From: Rhina ancylostomus
Taxonomy: Eukaryota
Direction: 5' to 3'
DNA length: 64,000 nucleotides
NCBI GenBank assembly: GCA_030265395.1
Contig: JARFYF010000074.1
Span: 25,965,660-26,029,659, forward strand
The position numbers were made by a program, and so were the translations under genes. Of the stretch, positions 13,851-24,879 are shown piece by piece; position 1 is the first letter of the stretch, and each line of letters opens with the position of its first letter. The notes under the pieces are model-generated. The model was not told the DNA's origin and searched no databases. It saw nothing but the letters and a program-made list of their open reading frames with translations.

Positions 13851-14090
13851 AAATTGCAGATGATGGAAATCTGAAACAAAATAAGAAAATGTTGCAAAAT
13901 CTCATTGCTCAGCAGCATCTGTGGTGAGGAAAAGACAGTTAAAATTTCCAGTCAGTGACCTTTCATCAGAACCTGATATAAATTCTGATCAGAGTTCTGA
14001 TGAAAATTCCTGATTTGAAACATTATCTCTGCATCTCTCTCGACAGATGCTGCCTGACCTCCTGAGTATTTCCAGGATTTTCTGTTCTCA
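13851..14090. mobile_element. Penelope-derived fold-back element with hammerhead-like cores
   Basis: Inverted arms (cagcatctgt / acagatgctg); CTGATGA..GAAA on both strands; degenerate flanking direct repeat. Confidence 0.7.
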
Positions 14091-14544
14091 ACTCTAACCT
14101 GGATCTCTCTAGCGATAAATGTATTCATAAACTTATGTTTTCTAAGGCTATAATTACTGACAAATGTGACATTCTGCAGGTAGACATTGAGCTGCGCTTT
14201 CATTGTTGGACAGCTCTCTGTACTGAGGCCAAGATTTTGTTGACTCTCAAGTTGTTCACCACTAAATCTTTCCAAGTGGATGCAGCAGAGAGCTGCCATG
14301 CTTTGATCAAAGAGGTAACTCAGGCACGACACAGGAAGGAAGGAATTCATCTTTTTGATCTCAGTGAGGCATAGATGGTACCTCGATCACCGGTGGTTGC
14401 CCACAAGTACAGGTAGCCGTTGACTACACTTACATGTAAGATGAGGGCTACCCTCAATCTCCATGGCTGTTCACATCATTGTGCTCTGTGACAACACCAG
14501 CTGGGTGCAAATAGAACAATCAGCAAGTTACCAGGATAAAACAT

Positions 14545-14685
14545 GGAATATAAAGAACATAGAACACTACAGCACAGTACAGGCCCTTCAGCCCACAATG
14601 TTGTGCCGACTTTTTATCCTGCTCCAAGATCTATCTAACCCTTCCCTCCCACATAGCCTACCCCCCATCTCTCTATCATTCATGT
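14545..14685 (-). mobile_element. HER1/CR1 3' tail
   Basis: aacatagaacactacagcacagtacaggcccttcagccc is the reverse complement of the CR1 3' end. Confidence 0.8.
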
Positions 14686-15269
14686 GCAGTGGTAAACCTC
14701 CACAGTTCTCCAGATAAGTTCCATTCCCTCATCAATCTGCAGGAGTTGGGTAATAAAACAAGCAGTAGTGAGTACTTTATCACTGTGTGCTGCATACTGC
14801 ACAATCTTGCCAACAGACAGTGGTAGTTGATGCTGGAGGATGAGCAACAAGGCCCTTGCAGCCTGAAAGCCATCTGATAGGGCTTGAAAAACAGCAGGAG
14901 CAAGAGAAACATGAGCAAGAAGAAATACAGCACAGCAATATTCCTACCTAGCATCTACAGCTTCATCTCCCAGTTGAGTCAAAGAGACTGGTATAGACTG
15001 CACAGCTTACTGGATTCCCCAATAGGGAAAGGCATTTCTTCCACAGAACTGTGAAATTGTAGCCCCCGAAGCAAGCAAGTGGCTTTATCCACTCTCCTCT
15101 TGAACAGCAATCAGATGGAGTTGCTAGATGACATAATCATCCCTCATATGCAGTTTTCCAGTCCACCTGTACTGATTCAATTCCTCATTCAAGTACACTA
15201 CAAATGTCTTCATTTTCTGAGGCATTCAAGGACGGTTTACTTTCCCTCCAGTTCTGTGAGGGTCCTGAG

Positions 15270-16150
15270 GTGATGATGAGGCCAGTGCGGGGCCCACAGA
15301 TTCTACTGCAAATGGGGCAGGAGGTTCTTGATGGCAAGGATGGTTGCTTTTGAGGCTGTGCACTCCTTCCACTTGCTACCCACACTTAAGGTTTGAAGTG
15401 CTATCTCCAATACTCCTTCTCCGCTTTAAGTGGACATAAACTGGGGAATCCCAGGTGTTGGTGAGAATGTTGCTTTTTTTCCCCCTCAAGGATGCTTTAT
15501 GAACCTTCTTGAATCTTTTCTTCTGTCTGCCTGGTAATCTGCTCCTGTGACAGAAATCAAGAGTGTCTATTTTGGGCATGCAAATGATGGGGCCTTCCCA
15601 ATAGAGCCAGCTTACTGTAAATAGGACTCACACACGGGATGTTGGTGTGGGAAAAGACCTTGTGGATTTGGAGGATTTTCTGGTGAGAACTTTGAAATGC
15701 CTACTGTATGTAGTCCATCTTGGAAGCATGTAGAAGGGAAGGGATCATTTCCCAGTAGACTGTGATTTTGATCTTCGTCATCAAGCACACTCCTTCAATT
15801 GGCCAAAAGCTCAGTACAAATAAATTCAATGGTGTGCAGCTCCCACAGCTCATCTTGTGAGGACTTGAGCTTTATCTTTGTACCATTCCATTGAAGTGAC
15901 AGCTGGAGCCATTTCCATGCCTGACAGGACCTCCTTCATGCTATGTATCACAATGACCAGGATTTCCATGCCCACCTCACTGAACAGGAAGCTAACTATT
16001 CCCGGCAAGGCAATCATAGTGTGTTGCTGCTGTCTGGCTGCCATACAGAGTGTATCTTTAAGGGTCAAAGCCCTTCACAGACTGGTGTGCACCAAACTGT
16101 CAGAAATTACACTTACTTTGTGGTCCTTTATACAGAAACCACAGGTCCCA
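15270..16150 (-). mobile_element. RTE (BovB-like) LINE 3' region
   Basis: Minus-strand RLPGRQKKRFKKVHKASL..NI...WDS and CPICSRICGPRTGLII match the RTE ORF C-terminus and its zinc finger. Confidence 0.8.
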
Positions 16151-17134
16151 TCTTAGCACATGATTTTGACTGCAAGACATCCTAATGCTGTATTAATGAA
16201 TTTGACCAATTTTATGATTTTTTTTGTAGGGGACTGCAATTAGCATAAGTACTGAATGCCAACACAGTATGGAACAAGTCTCCAGGGTGACAATGTTACT
16301 CCACTGTGGTTGCCAATGTCAAACAACTTAATACACAATTAGAAATTAGATTTGCGGATAAATATAATATGAAAATTTAGATTTTTGTTTCCAAATGCTT
16401 CCTGAAATAAATGGGCAAGAAATGTTCATTTCCAGAAACATTAAAAAATATAGGAGAAGCCACAATGTAGCTTCTGCTGCAAGAATATCAGGAATATACA
16501 TGTATGGCCACTTTGTCTCTAACAGTCGGTACTACATTGTGTACACATAGAAACAAATGTTCTCAATCAGTGTCCTGCTGCTACATTCATTCACGGTGCA
16601 GTTTTGGAGTTAAATCCCAAGCTGTGCTGGTTCAGAGAATGCAGGCGATTGTTACTGTAGCAACAGAGCTCCAGAATAATGGCTCTCTTGGGCAGAAGCA
16701 GTGTTGCCAGATTGGGATATTCACGCCCAATTGGGCTTATATTTTCTTTTACTGTGTGGGAAAAATATGTGCCCAATTTTTTTCGTCATATTTTCTCTCA
16801 TGTATAGCACACAACCTCCTTCCCTACCCCAGCTTTGAATGATCAGCAGTTACCCCAACAGCCCCACCCTAACTGTGCAGCACTACCACTCATGCTGCTT
16901 CTGATTCTCACACATTCTTGGCAGGCATTCGGATTTGAAAGCACATTGAAAGCACCTCCTTCCTTTCCATTTTAAAAATAGCATTCACTATATTTTTCAA
17001 CAGTAGACAAGGCTATAACATAAGCTCCAGTTTTCCCTCTGGTGTATCTATAACACATGTTAACATGGATGTTACTTACTGCTGTACATTAGGTTCAAGT
17101 AGTATGCATTTCAGGCAGACCAATTAACTAAAAA

Positions 17135-17310
17135 GAATGAAAGAAAGGTTTGCATTTACGCCCACCTTTTATAACCTCGGTTTGTCCCAAAGTGCTTTAT
17201 AGATAATTAAGTATTTTTGCAAATACTGTTGTTATTTTGGAAATGAGGCAATCTATTTGCAGGCACCAAGGTGCCACAAATAGCAACAGATTAGATGGTC
17301 CAATCTGCTG
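17135..17310 (-). mobile_element. Deu-domain SINE remnant (SacSINE1/AmnSINE1-like)
   Basis: ttgcatttac..gtcccaaagtgcttta..aagtattttt..caaggtgccacaaatagcaa resembles the reverse-complement DeuSINE 3' half. Confidence 0.6.
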
Positions 17311-17726
17311 ACTATCGATTAGTCCTGCGACTGCTGTAACTTGCCAAACTTTCATGATGGGACTTGGACGAACTGCTCATACTCACCTTTGGCGGTCTGT
17401 TCACCACAGGCAGCGGGAAGCCTCCCGACCTTCACATCAAATGGTGAGTTTCACTCTCAGCCCAGAGTTTGCAGCACACAGACTGAGGAGAGGTCTCCAA
17501 CTGAGTGAGAGCTGGGAAGTCTGAGACTAGCTCTGAGGCTCAGTTTGGTGTTGGGAGAACTGGTCTTAATTTTAATACTTACTCTGTGATATCTACAATA
17601 GCAAAAGATAGAATCCAGCATCCATTCACCAAGACTCTTTGCATACCAGACATGGGCAAGATGGCAAGTTTGGGTAAATATGCATTGTGCTCCACTCCCA
17701 TCTCCTTCTCTGGGTGTCCTATCCAA

Positions 17727-17784
17727 CTATTGTAGGATGGAGACAGTTCAAACCAGGATCTGAACTGTCTCCATCCCATAATAG
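17727..17784. repeat. 24-bp stem hairpin (16 bp perfect), 10-nt loop
   Basis: ctattgtaGGATGGAGACAGTTCA-aaccaggatc-TGAACTGTCTCCATCCcataatag. Confidence 0.9.
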
Positions 17785-19034
17785 ACCATCTTCAAGTCTC
17801 CTTTTCCCTCCCAGACTCCAAATGATCTGCAGATTTCACTTTACTGATTCCATGCACAACACGGTTTATTTCTTCCCTAAATGCCACTGAATATTTTGAA
17901 CCGATGCCCTGTTACATGGGGTGAATACTGGGTGCTTTGGTGTTAGGCAACTCTACTACAAGGTGTGGTATGTTAAAAAGTAGACATCAGGAAGCCTAAC
18001 AATAAATGGACATCTTAAAAAATAAAAGGAAAAGAAAATGAATGATATCTTCTGACCTTCATAACCCAATCACTTCCCAAGGCAAAGAGAGGATTACTTT
18101 TAATCTATATCTAAACTGGAGATTAAATTTCCAAAAACAAAAGGAGTTAGCCCCACAGGACCTCCATATGTGTATGTCTCTTTTTCAAAGGGTGATGATG
18201 GACAGTCAGAAAAATAACTTGGCTTTGGTCTACTTCATGGACAAACACTTCAAATGTAGCTTCCCTTTGGCATCTGGCTGTGTTCCAATTTCACCAGATG
18301 CAACAAATCAAGGAAAATCAGAGAGGGAGGATTTTGTGTCAGGAAGAGAGCTTATCCAAATTTATGTCTAAGTGGAGATAAAATGAGAAGGGATGATTGA
18401 ATGATTCCACTCAGGCGATTCAATATGGCATGGTTAGGAATAATGAAATGTGTCACATAGTTTCCACATAACATAAGTGTTATTTCTGCAGCTGCATTGT
18501 TCAGAAGGGAAGAAATTTTTTATTTCCTGTGGACAGAAAGAGAGGATAGAAAGAGGATGATATGAAGAGTGTGTACAGACAGTCAGTTCAAGATAATTGC
18601 TTGGACAGATGATCAGATAAGGGTATGGGTGTCAACTGGATCATTATGGGTGATGGTTCAGTAGGTGAGGGATGGATGGAGCCAGGAGGCCTCTGGAAGA
18701 GTGAGAGTCCAGGCATGATTAGGTCTCTTGATATACAGGGAGGTGAGGTGGGCTCACACAGCTTGAGAAACCTCTTACATAAGGTAGTAATGGATCCAAA
18801 ACTGCTTCTAAAAATCCACATCATGTCTGCTTTTTTAATTAATGAAGAAGACATCTTCAGTCTGATTACTGGGTTAGACGCAGCAAGTTAACCAATGAGT
18901 CTGAATGAAGTGATGGCAGGCAGGGTGGATGGCAACCTTTGTCCCAGGCCTCACTTCACAACAGCCTGCACAGCCCCTGGCAACACTCATCTCTCACACA
19001 TAAAGTTATAGTGCAGGAAGTTCTGCTTCACCAC

Positions 19035-20590
19035 CGTTATGTTGCAACTTTACAAAACACTGGTTAGGCCACACTTGAAGTACTCTGTGCAGTTCTGATC
19101 ATGACACTATGGGAAAGACGTGGTTTCACTAGAGAAAGTGCAGAGGAGATTCACCAGGATGTTGCCTGGATTGGAGGATTTCAGTTATGGGGAGAGANNN
19201 NNNNNNNNNNNNNNNNNNNNNNNNNNNNNNNNNNNNNNNNNNNNNNNNNNNNNNNNNNNNNNNNNNNNNNNNNNNNNNNNNNNNNNNNNNNNNNNNNNNN
19301 NNNNNNNNNNNNNNNNNNNNNNNNNNNNNNNNNNNNNNNNNNNNNNNNNNNNNNNNNNNNNNNNNNNNNNNNNNNNNNNNNNNNNNNNNNNNNNNNNNNN
19401 NNNNNNNNNNNNNNNNNNNNNNNNNNNNNNNNNNNNNNNNNNNNNNNNNNNNNNNNNNNNNNNNNNNNNNNNNNNNNNNNNNNNNNNNNNNNNNNNNNNN
19501 NNNNNNNNNNNNNNNNNNNNNNNNNNNNNNNNNNNNNNNNNNNNNNNNNNNNNNNNNNNNNNNNNNNNNNNNNNNNNNNNNNNNNNNNNNNNNNNNNNNN
19601 NNNNNNNNNNNNNNNNNNNNNNNNNNNNNNNNNNNNNNNNNNNNNNNNNNNNNNNNNNNNNNNNNNNNNNNNNNNNNNNNNNNNNNNNNNNNNNNNNNNN
19701 NNNNNNNNNNNNNNNNNNNNNNNNNNNNNNNNNNNNNNNNNNNNNNNNNNNNNNNNNNNNNNNNNNNNNNNNNNNNNNNNNNNNNNNNNNNNNNNNNNNN
19801 NNNNNNNNNNNNNNNNNNNNNNNNNNNNNNNNNNNNNNNNNNNNNNNNNNNNNNNNNNNNNNNNNNNNNNNNNNNNNNNNNNNNNNNNNNNNNNNNNNNN
19901 NNNNNNNNNNNNNNNNNNNNNNNNNNNNNNNNNNNNNNNNNNNNNNNNNNNNNNNNNNNNNNNNNNNNNNNNNNNNNNNNNNNNNNNNNNNNNNNNNNNN
20001 NNNNNNNNNNNNNNNNNNNNNNNNNNNNNNNNNNNNNNNNNNTGGGGTTATCAAAAACAAGTAGGCATAGGCTTAATGGAGACACAAGAGACTGCAGATG
20101 CTGCTAATCTAGAGCAACATGCAAAGCACTGGATGAACTCAGCAGGTCAGGTAGCATCTGTGGAGGGAAATGGACAGTTGACGTTTCGGGTCGAGACCCT
20201 TCATCTGGATGAGATCCAGATGAAGGGTCTCAACCCAAAACATCAACTATCCATTTCCCTCCATAAATGCTGCCCGACCTGCTGAGTTCCTCCAGCACTT
20301 TGTAGGCATAGGCTTAAGGTGAGAGAAAGGAATTTTAAAGGGGATCTGAGGGGTGAGCTTCTTTACACAGGGAGTGGTTGATATCTGGAACTCACTGCCA
20401 GAGCAGATGGTGAAATCAGATACAACCACGATGTTTAAGAGGCATTTAGACAGACACTTAAATTGGCAAGGATTAGAAGGACAGGGTCCTAATGCGAGCA
20501 AATGGGATCAGTGTGGATGAGCAAAATGGTCGACATAGATGAGGTGGGTCGAAGGGCCCGCCTCTGTGCTGTACAACTCCATTACACTGA
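19035..20590 (+). mobile_element. HER1/CR1 LINE 3' part (spans an N gap; interrupted at 20077-20301)
   Basis: LEKVQRRFTRMLPGLEDFSYGER; 3' UTR ending gggtcgaagggcccgcctctgtgctgt. Confidence 0.85.
20077..20301. mobile_element. Penelope-derived fold-back element with exact 16-bp TSD
   Basis: gtaggcataggcttaa at 20061-20076 and 20302-20317; long inverted arms centred on atctggat-gag-atccagat. Confidence 0.85.
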
Positions 20591-21013
20591 CCTAATAGCG
20601 ATGCTGAAGATACAAAATGTGTGTTTAACTGGTCTAGCGTTACCACTGTATTCGCCTTTTTGTTTGTGCGATTAGTTTAAATCTGTAGATCCAGCAGCAA
20701 TGTGTACAGAAAAATACATATGACACATCCAAGACAATAATCAGGACCTTCACGTCCCATGAAAGATTGAAGAAATTATGTTATTAACAAAACAGGAGAT
20801 GCTGTTGAAAACTTTGCTGAAATAAAGCTGCATTCAAACCTCATTAAAAGGGATCTGTTTGTGCTTGGGATATCAAATGTGGTCAAAATAAGTCATTGGG
20901 TTTAATACTGTAAAGTAGCCTTCTATGTATTAAGATTCATAACATAGATTATAAAACATCTTCCTGTGTTCAGAAAATAGTAGAATTCACAGTGAGACAA
21001 TTTTTATTCCCAG

Positions 21014-21247
21014 ATTCCCTATTGATAACAAAGGAAAATGAGGTGCCAGCTGTTGCCTGTCAGGGCTTTGGAGGGCACACCTTTAATGCAGGTTTCCTCA
21101 ACACACAGGAGGCCTTGCCACATGACCTCACACACCTGGCAATGAGAGCAACATGGAACTCACTGGAGGGAGAGACTGCTGAACTCCTTCAGGAGTTTGT
21201 GAGAATCAATGAGGCTTTGTTAAGCAGTGCGCGCATGCTACTGCCAG
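21014..21247 (+). CDS. candidate orphan coding exon (234 bp, phase 1-1), product unknown
   Basis: Acceptor tttttattcccAG, donor cagGTAAGA, open frame DSLLITKENEVPAVACQGFGGHTF...LLSSARMLLP; no homology recognised. Confidence 0.25.
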
Positions 21248-21389
21248 GTAAGAAGCTGATCATCAGTAGGTCAGTCTTTCTGGCATTAAGACTTAGATAC
21301 CAGTAAATTTAAGGCAACACCAGCATCTCAACAGGAATGAAAAACTGCTGAGGTTTCAGATGAATTGAGCAAAATGTTAAAGCACAGTA

Positions 21390-21715
21390 GTTCATCCTCT
21401 GTGGTTTGGAGAGTCATGAACAAAGGCACAGAGCTACAAAATAATGGGCCTGTCATTTAAAACTAGGTGAGCAGAAATTTCCTCACTCAGAATCTCTGGA
21501 ATTCTCTGCCGCTGAGGATGGTAGAGACCAGATCATTAGATATAATTAAGGTGATGACAAATAAATATGTGAAAGATCGAGGAATTTAAGGTTATAAGAA
21601 ACTGGCACAAAAGAGGAGTTGAGACCATCATAGATCAGCCATGATCATAATGAATAGCAGAACAGACTTCAGAGGCCTGGTGACCTACTCCTGCTCCTAT
21701 TTTCTTGCGTTCTTG
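21390..21715 (+). mobile_element. CR1 3' end
   Basis: ctctggaattctctgcc ... gatcagccatgatcataatgaatagcag ... cctactcctgctcctattttctt. Confidence 0.8.
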
Positions 21716-21790
21716 TGGAAAACATTGGCAGGGAATAATTTTTGCAATTCCATGGTCAAGAAAGTTAAAACAGAGATAGATGTGTGATGA

Positions 21791-21849
21791 AAGAGGTCCA
21801 TGGGAGAAAAGGGATCCATGGGAGAAAAAGAGATCCATGGGAGAAAAAG
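21791..21849. repeat. about 19-bp tandem repeat, 3 copies
   Basis: Core tccatgggagaaaa present three times in tandem. Confidence 0.85.
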
Positions 21850-23309
21850 AAAGGAAGAAGCTGAAGCCATGGTTTGATGGATCAGAGAGTGTGGTGAACT
21901 GGGGAGAGGAGCCCCTTTTTTCCAGCTACAGGACCTATTGTTGATACCCAGGCAGATTAATTATCATGCATATGGTGGGATTAAGGGGTGAGGCTTCACA
22001 GCTCTCACTGGGGCTGTTGGAAGAATCAGTTTGCTTCACTGTATGGACTGGTTCATAATTAAGATTTTTACTTGGGAGTGAGGCCAGAGCCAATTCTCCA
22101 GTTAGAATAGGAGGTATACAGGCATAATATTCTGCTTGTGGGTAGTCTGATTTCTTGCTTGGTTAGTGGGAGGTATCCAGGAGTTGTGTTATGGAAAAAA
22201 ATGACAAGAAGCTGTAGTCCTTTTGAGGTGTGGCTGGGTGTGGGGTTCAAGGTGAAGTTGCATTCTGGTGCAGGGGAAGGAGCAGACACAGATCTCAATA
22301 CTTTGTACTGCTGATATAAACTCAATAGGTCAGGCAGTATTTGTGCAAGTGGAAGGGTTAGGAGGTTAGGCATGCTAAGAGGTGAGATTAACAACCCACG
22401 GTCAGAATCTTGAAATATTACCATCCTCGCTCAACACTGGCTGCCTGGTCTGCTGAGTTTTGTTTCAAATTTCCAACATCTACAGGATCGTGCTTTCTCT
22501 CTGCTGCTAGCGATGATCTTTAGTAGCTCACAGCTGGAATGGTATTGAGTTTCTTTGCAATAGGATTCATTTNNNNNNNNNNNNNNNNNNNNNNNNNNNN
22601 NNNNNGCAACAAATGTTACATTTACCTTGCCTTTCCTATTATACGTGATTTCTGATATAACTATGGAGTGACACACTACCTCTGACATTTAGCCTACTAG
22701 TAAATATTGAAGAACATGTAGCAACTTCGATACAACCCCTGCCACTATTTTTGGAGTTGAGTCAGAAGACCATATACACAACTTCAGTTCAGTGCCTTTT
22801 TACATTAAAGTTACTCACTGTGGTTAACTGATAAGGTTTTGTACAACACACCAGTCACATAATATCAGTCATATAAAATAGTTCTCTTGGTGCCACCTAC
22901 AGGTGCTGTACTTGTGGAAGGTAACAAGCCATTTATATGATTGCGTTTTATTGCATAAGACAATGGCATGTCAAAAAATGCATGAATCCATCCAGAAGTC
23001 TTATGTTCAAATTGGTTTATCTACTCACTGGCCATATTTGGAAATCTTTCCCAATCATGTTTTCATATCCTTTAATTGCAAATGTTCCACTGGATTAACA
23101 GTCCAATTTTAGCAACACAAATGGATCAAAAGTTCTGTATCCTTCAATGTTAATGAACACCGGCAAGTTAGCCTGAAAAGTCAAATGATTGCTATTGCCA
23201 CTATGGCAACCTGATCGCCCTTCATGTAAATTTCCAGTTAGTTTCTCTAAATTAATGAAAATAATTTCTAGGCCAAGCCACACATCAAAACCAAATAGAC
23301 AGTGTTTCC

Positions 23310-23460
23310 AGAGCAACAAAAATGTGCTGGAAGAACTATGCAGCATTTGTGGGAGGAAAGAAATTGTCAACATTTTGGGTCAAAACCCTGCATAATCTGC
23401 TAGTTACGTCAGCACATTGTTTGTTGCTCCAGATTCCAGCATCTGCAGTCTCTTGTGTCT
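23310..23460. mobile_element. Penelope-derived fold-back element, centre deleted
   Basis: agagcaacaaaaatgtgctggaagaact ... cagcacattgtttgttgctccagattccagcatctgcagtctcttgtgtct; imperfect TSD gacagtgtttcc / ggcaatgtttcc. Confidence 0.75.
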
Positions 23461-24655
23461 TCGGGCAATGTTTCCTGTTCACTATAAAAGCCTGATCAGT
23501 ATCCATTTGGTGTAAGAGATGTTCTGGGGAGACGAGCAGAAATATTTACAAAAATCTCACTAATCCTCTTCTCTTCAAGTGTTTTTGTGTTTGCTTTACA
23601 AAGTCAAGGCCTTGATTTCCAAGCACCACTGAACCACTTACACCCATCACTGATCTTCAAATTGTTCCCACTTAATTTTTTCACGTTCCCTGGCGAAAAC
23701 TTGTTGGACCTGGTGAGCTCTTAAATCAGCACTCAGTGAAGCAAGGGAACCCAGACCAAGCATCAGCCATGAAAAACTTGAAAAAGCTGACAGCCAGAAA
23801 GCCACATTCCTTGACTTAACAGCTGTCAAACACTAGGATTACTTCTGAATATTTCTGATAAAAAATACCCAAACTATCATATTTATTAATGTTCCAATTT
23901 TTCCAACTTCTATAAACACCCTGCCCTGAAAGCATTTAATTATTTGACATGGTTACTGTATTTTCAAGCATTGAAAAAAATATTCCATCTTCTTACACCC
24001 AACACTAAATATGAATATTGAATTATTCAACATCATGATCATGAGTGTTTTGCTATTGGCACTTCCCTTAGTAAATTCATCAGATAGAATATTATATACA
24101 TTTGATATCAAGTGACTCCGAAATATCACATAAACCTTGATTCACAGACCTAATCAAGATGGCTTGAATGCTTTGGCAGAATTCTGCCTCACAAAGCACA
24201 CATTACAGTTTACTGCAAGAACTTTGATTAAATTTAAAAACAATATGTTAAAGCTGACCTTCACCAACATTCATCTTTGGACTTTTTAACAAAATAGAAT
24301 GATGTAAGAACAGTGGTTCCTTGGCTCAACCATCTCATCTACGGTCTTATTGTCATTAATAAACAAAATGAAACATTCTTATGATGACAAGTTTACATAG
24401 TTGTTAAAATCAAGCAGCATCTTTCTTATCCTAAGTAATGATTGAACTTTCATAGACTAGGAAATCGTAAACATGGAAGAGAACACACTGAAAACATCTA
24501 TTGTTGACTTTAGGACAAAAGCCATAGAAGCCTTAAATGAGACAAGGTAATTCAATTTGTTGAAGTTATCCCTTCCAATAGTCTACGTACAATTCTTAAA
24601 ACTCATGGACATCTCAACTTGCTGCATAGCATCCAGTGGATAATGAACAACTGGA

Positions 24656-24879
24656 ACAAAAAGCTGCTGGAAGAACTCAGCTGGTTCAGCAGCATCTGTG
24701 GAGGTAAGGGGATGGTTGACGTTGGGTCGAGATCCTGCACCATGAAACATGATGCACCATGTCTCAACCCGAAATGTTGATCATCCCTCTCCTTCCACAG
24801 ATGCTGCTCAACTCGCTGAGTTCTTCCAGAAGTTTGTTTTTTTCTCCAGATTCCAGTATCTGCAGTCCCTTGTGTCTCC
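24656..24879. mobile_element. Penelope-derived fold-back element
   Basis: Inverted arms ctggaagaactcagc / gctgagttcttccag; TSD aatgaacaactgga / aatgaaaaactaga (12 of 14 match). Confidence 0.8.

Larger units (their letters stand above)
13650..14880 (+). pseudogene. PIF/Harbinger (HARBI1-like, DDE_Tnp_4) transposase remnant, interrupted by younger insertions
   Basis: Collinear decayed motifs: FLDM..QYFR, LQVDIE (~QGAIDCTH), FQVDAAESCH (~PGSCHD), DEGYPQSPWLFT (~GDKGYPLxxWLMTP), IEQ, VCCILHNLA. Confidence 0.75.

Noticed and set aside
14100-14520. Initially read as an RTE or Tx1 LINE piece
   Set aside because: The motifs fit a Harbinger transposase much better.
18900-19000. Possible minus-strand Myb-like remnant (EAWDK/VAI)
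   Set aside because: Too short and frameshifted to support.
19101-20285. Long ORFs of about 290-390 aa
   Set aside because: Made up mostly of N-gap X residues; the same applies to 26887-27588, 38511-38870 and 52200-53453.
21791-21849. Short direct repeats as a CRISPR-like array
   Set aside because: Tandem copies without spacers, in vertebrate DNA; an ordinary minisatellite.
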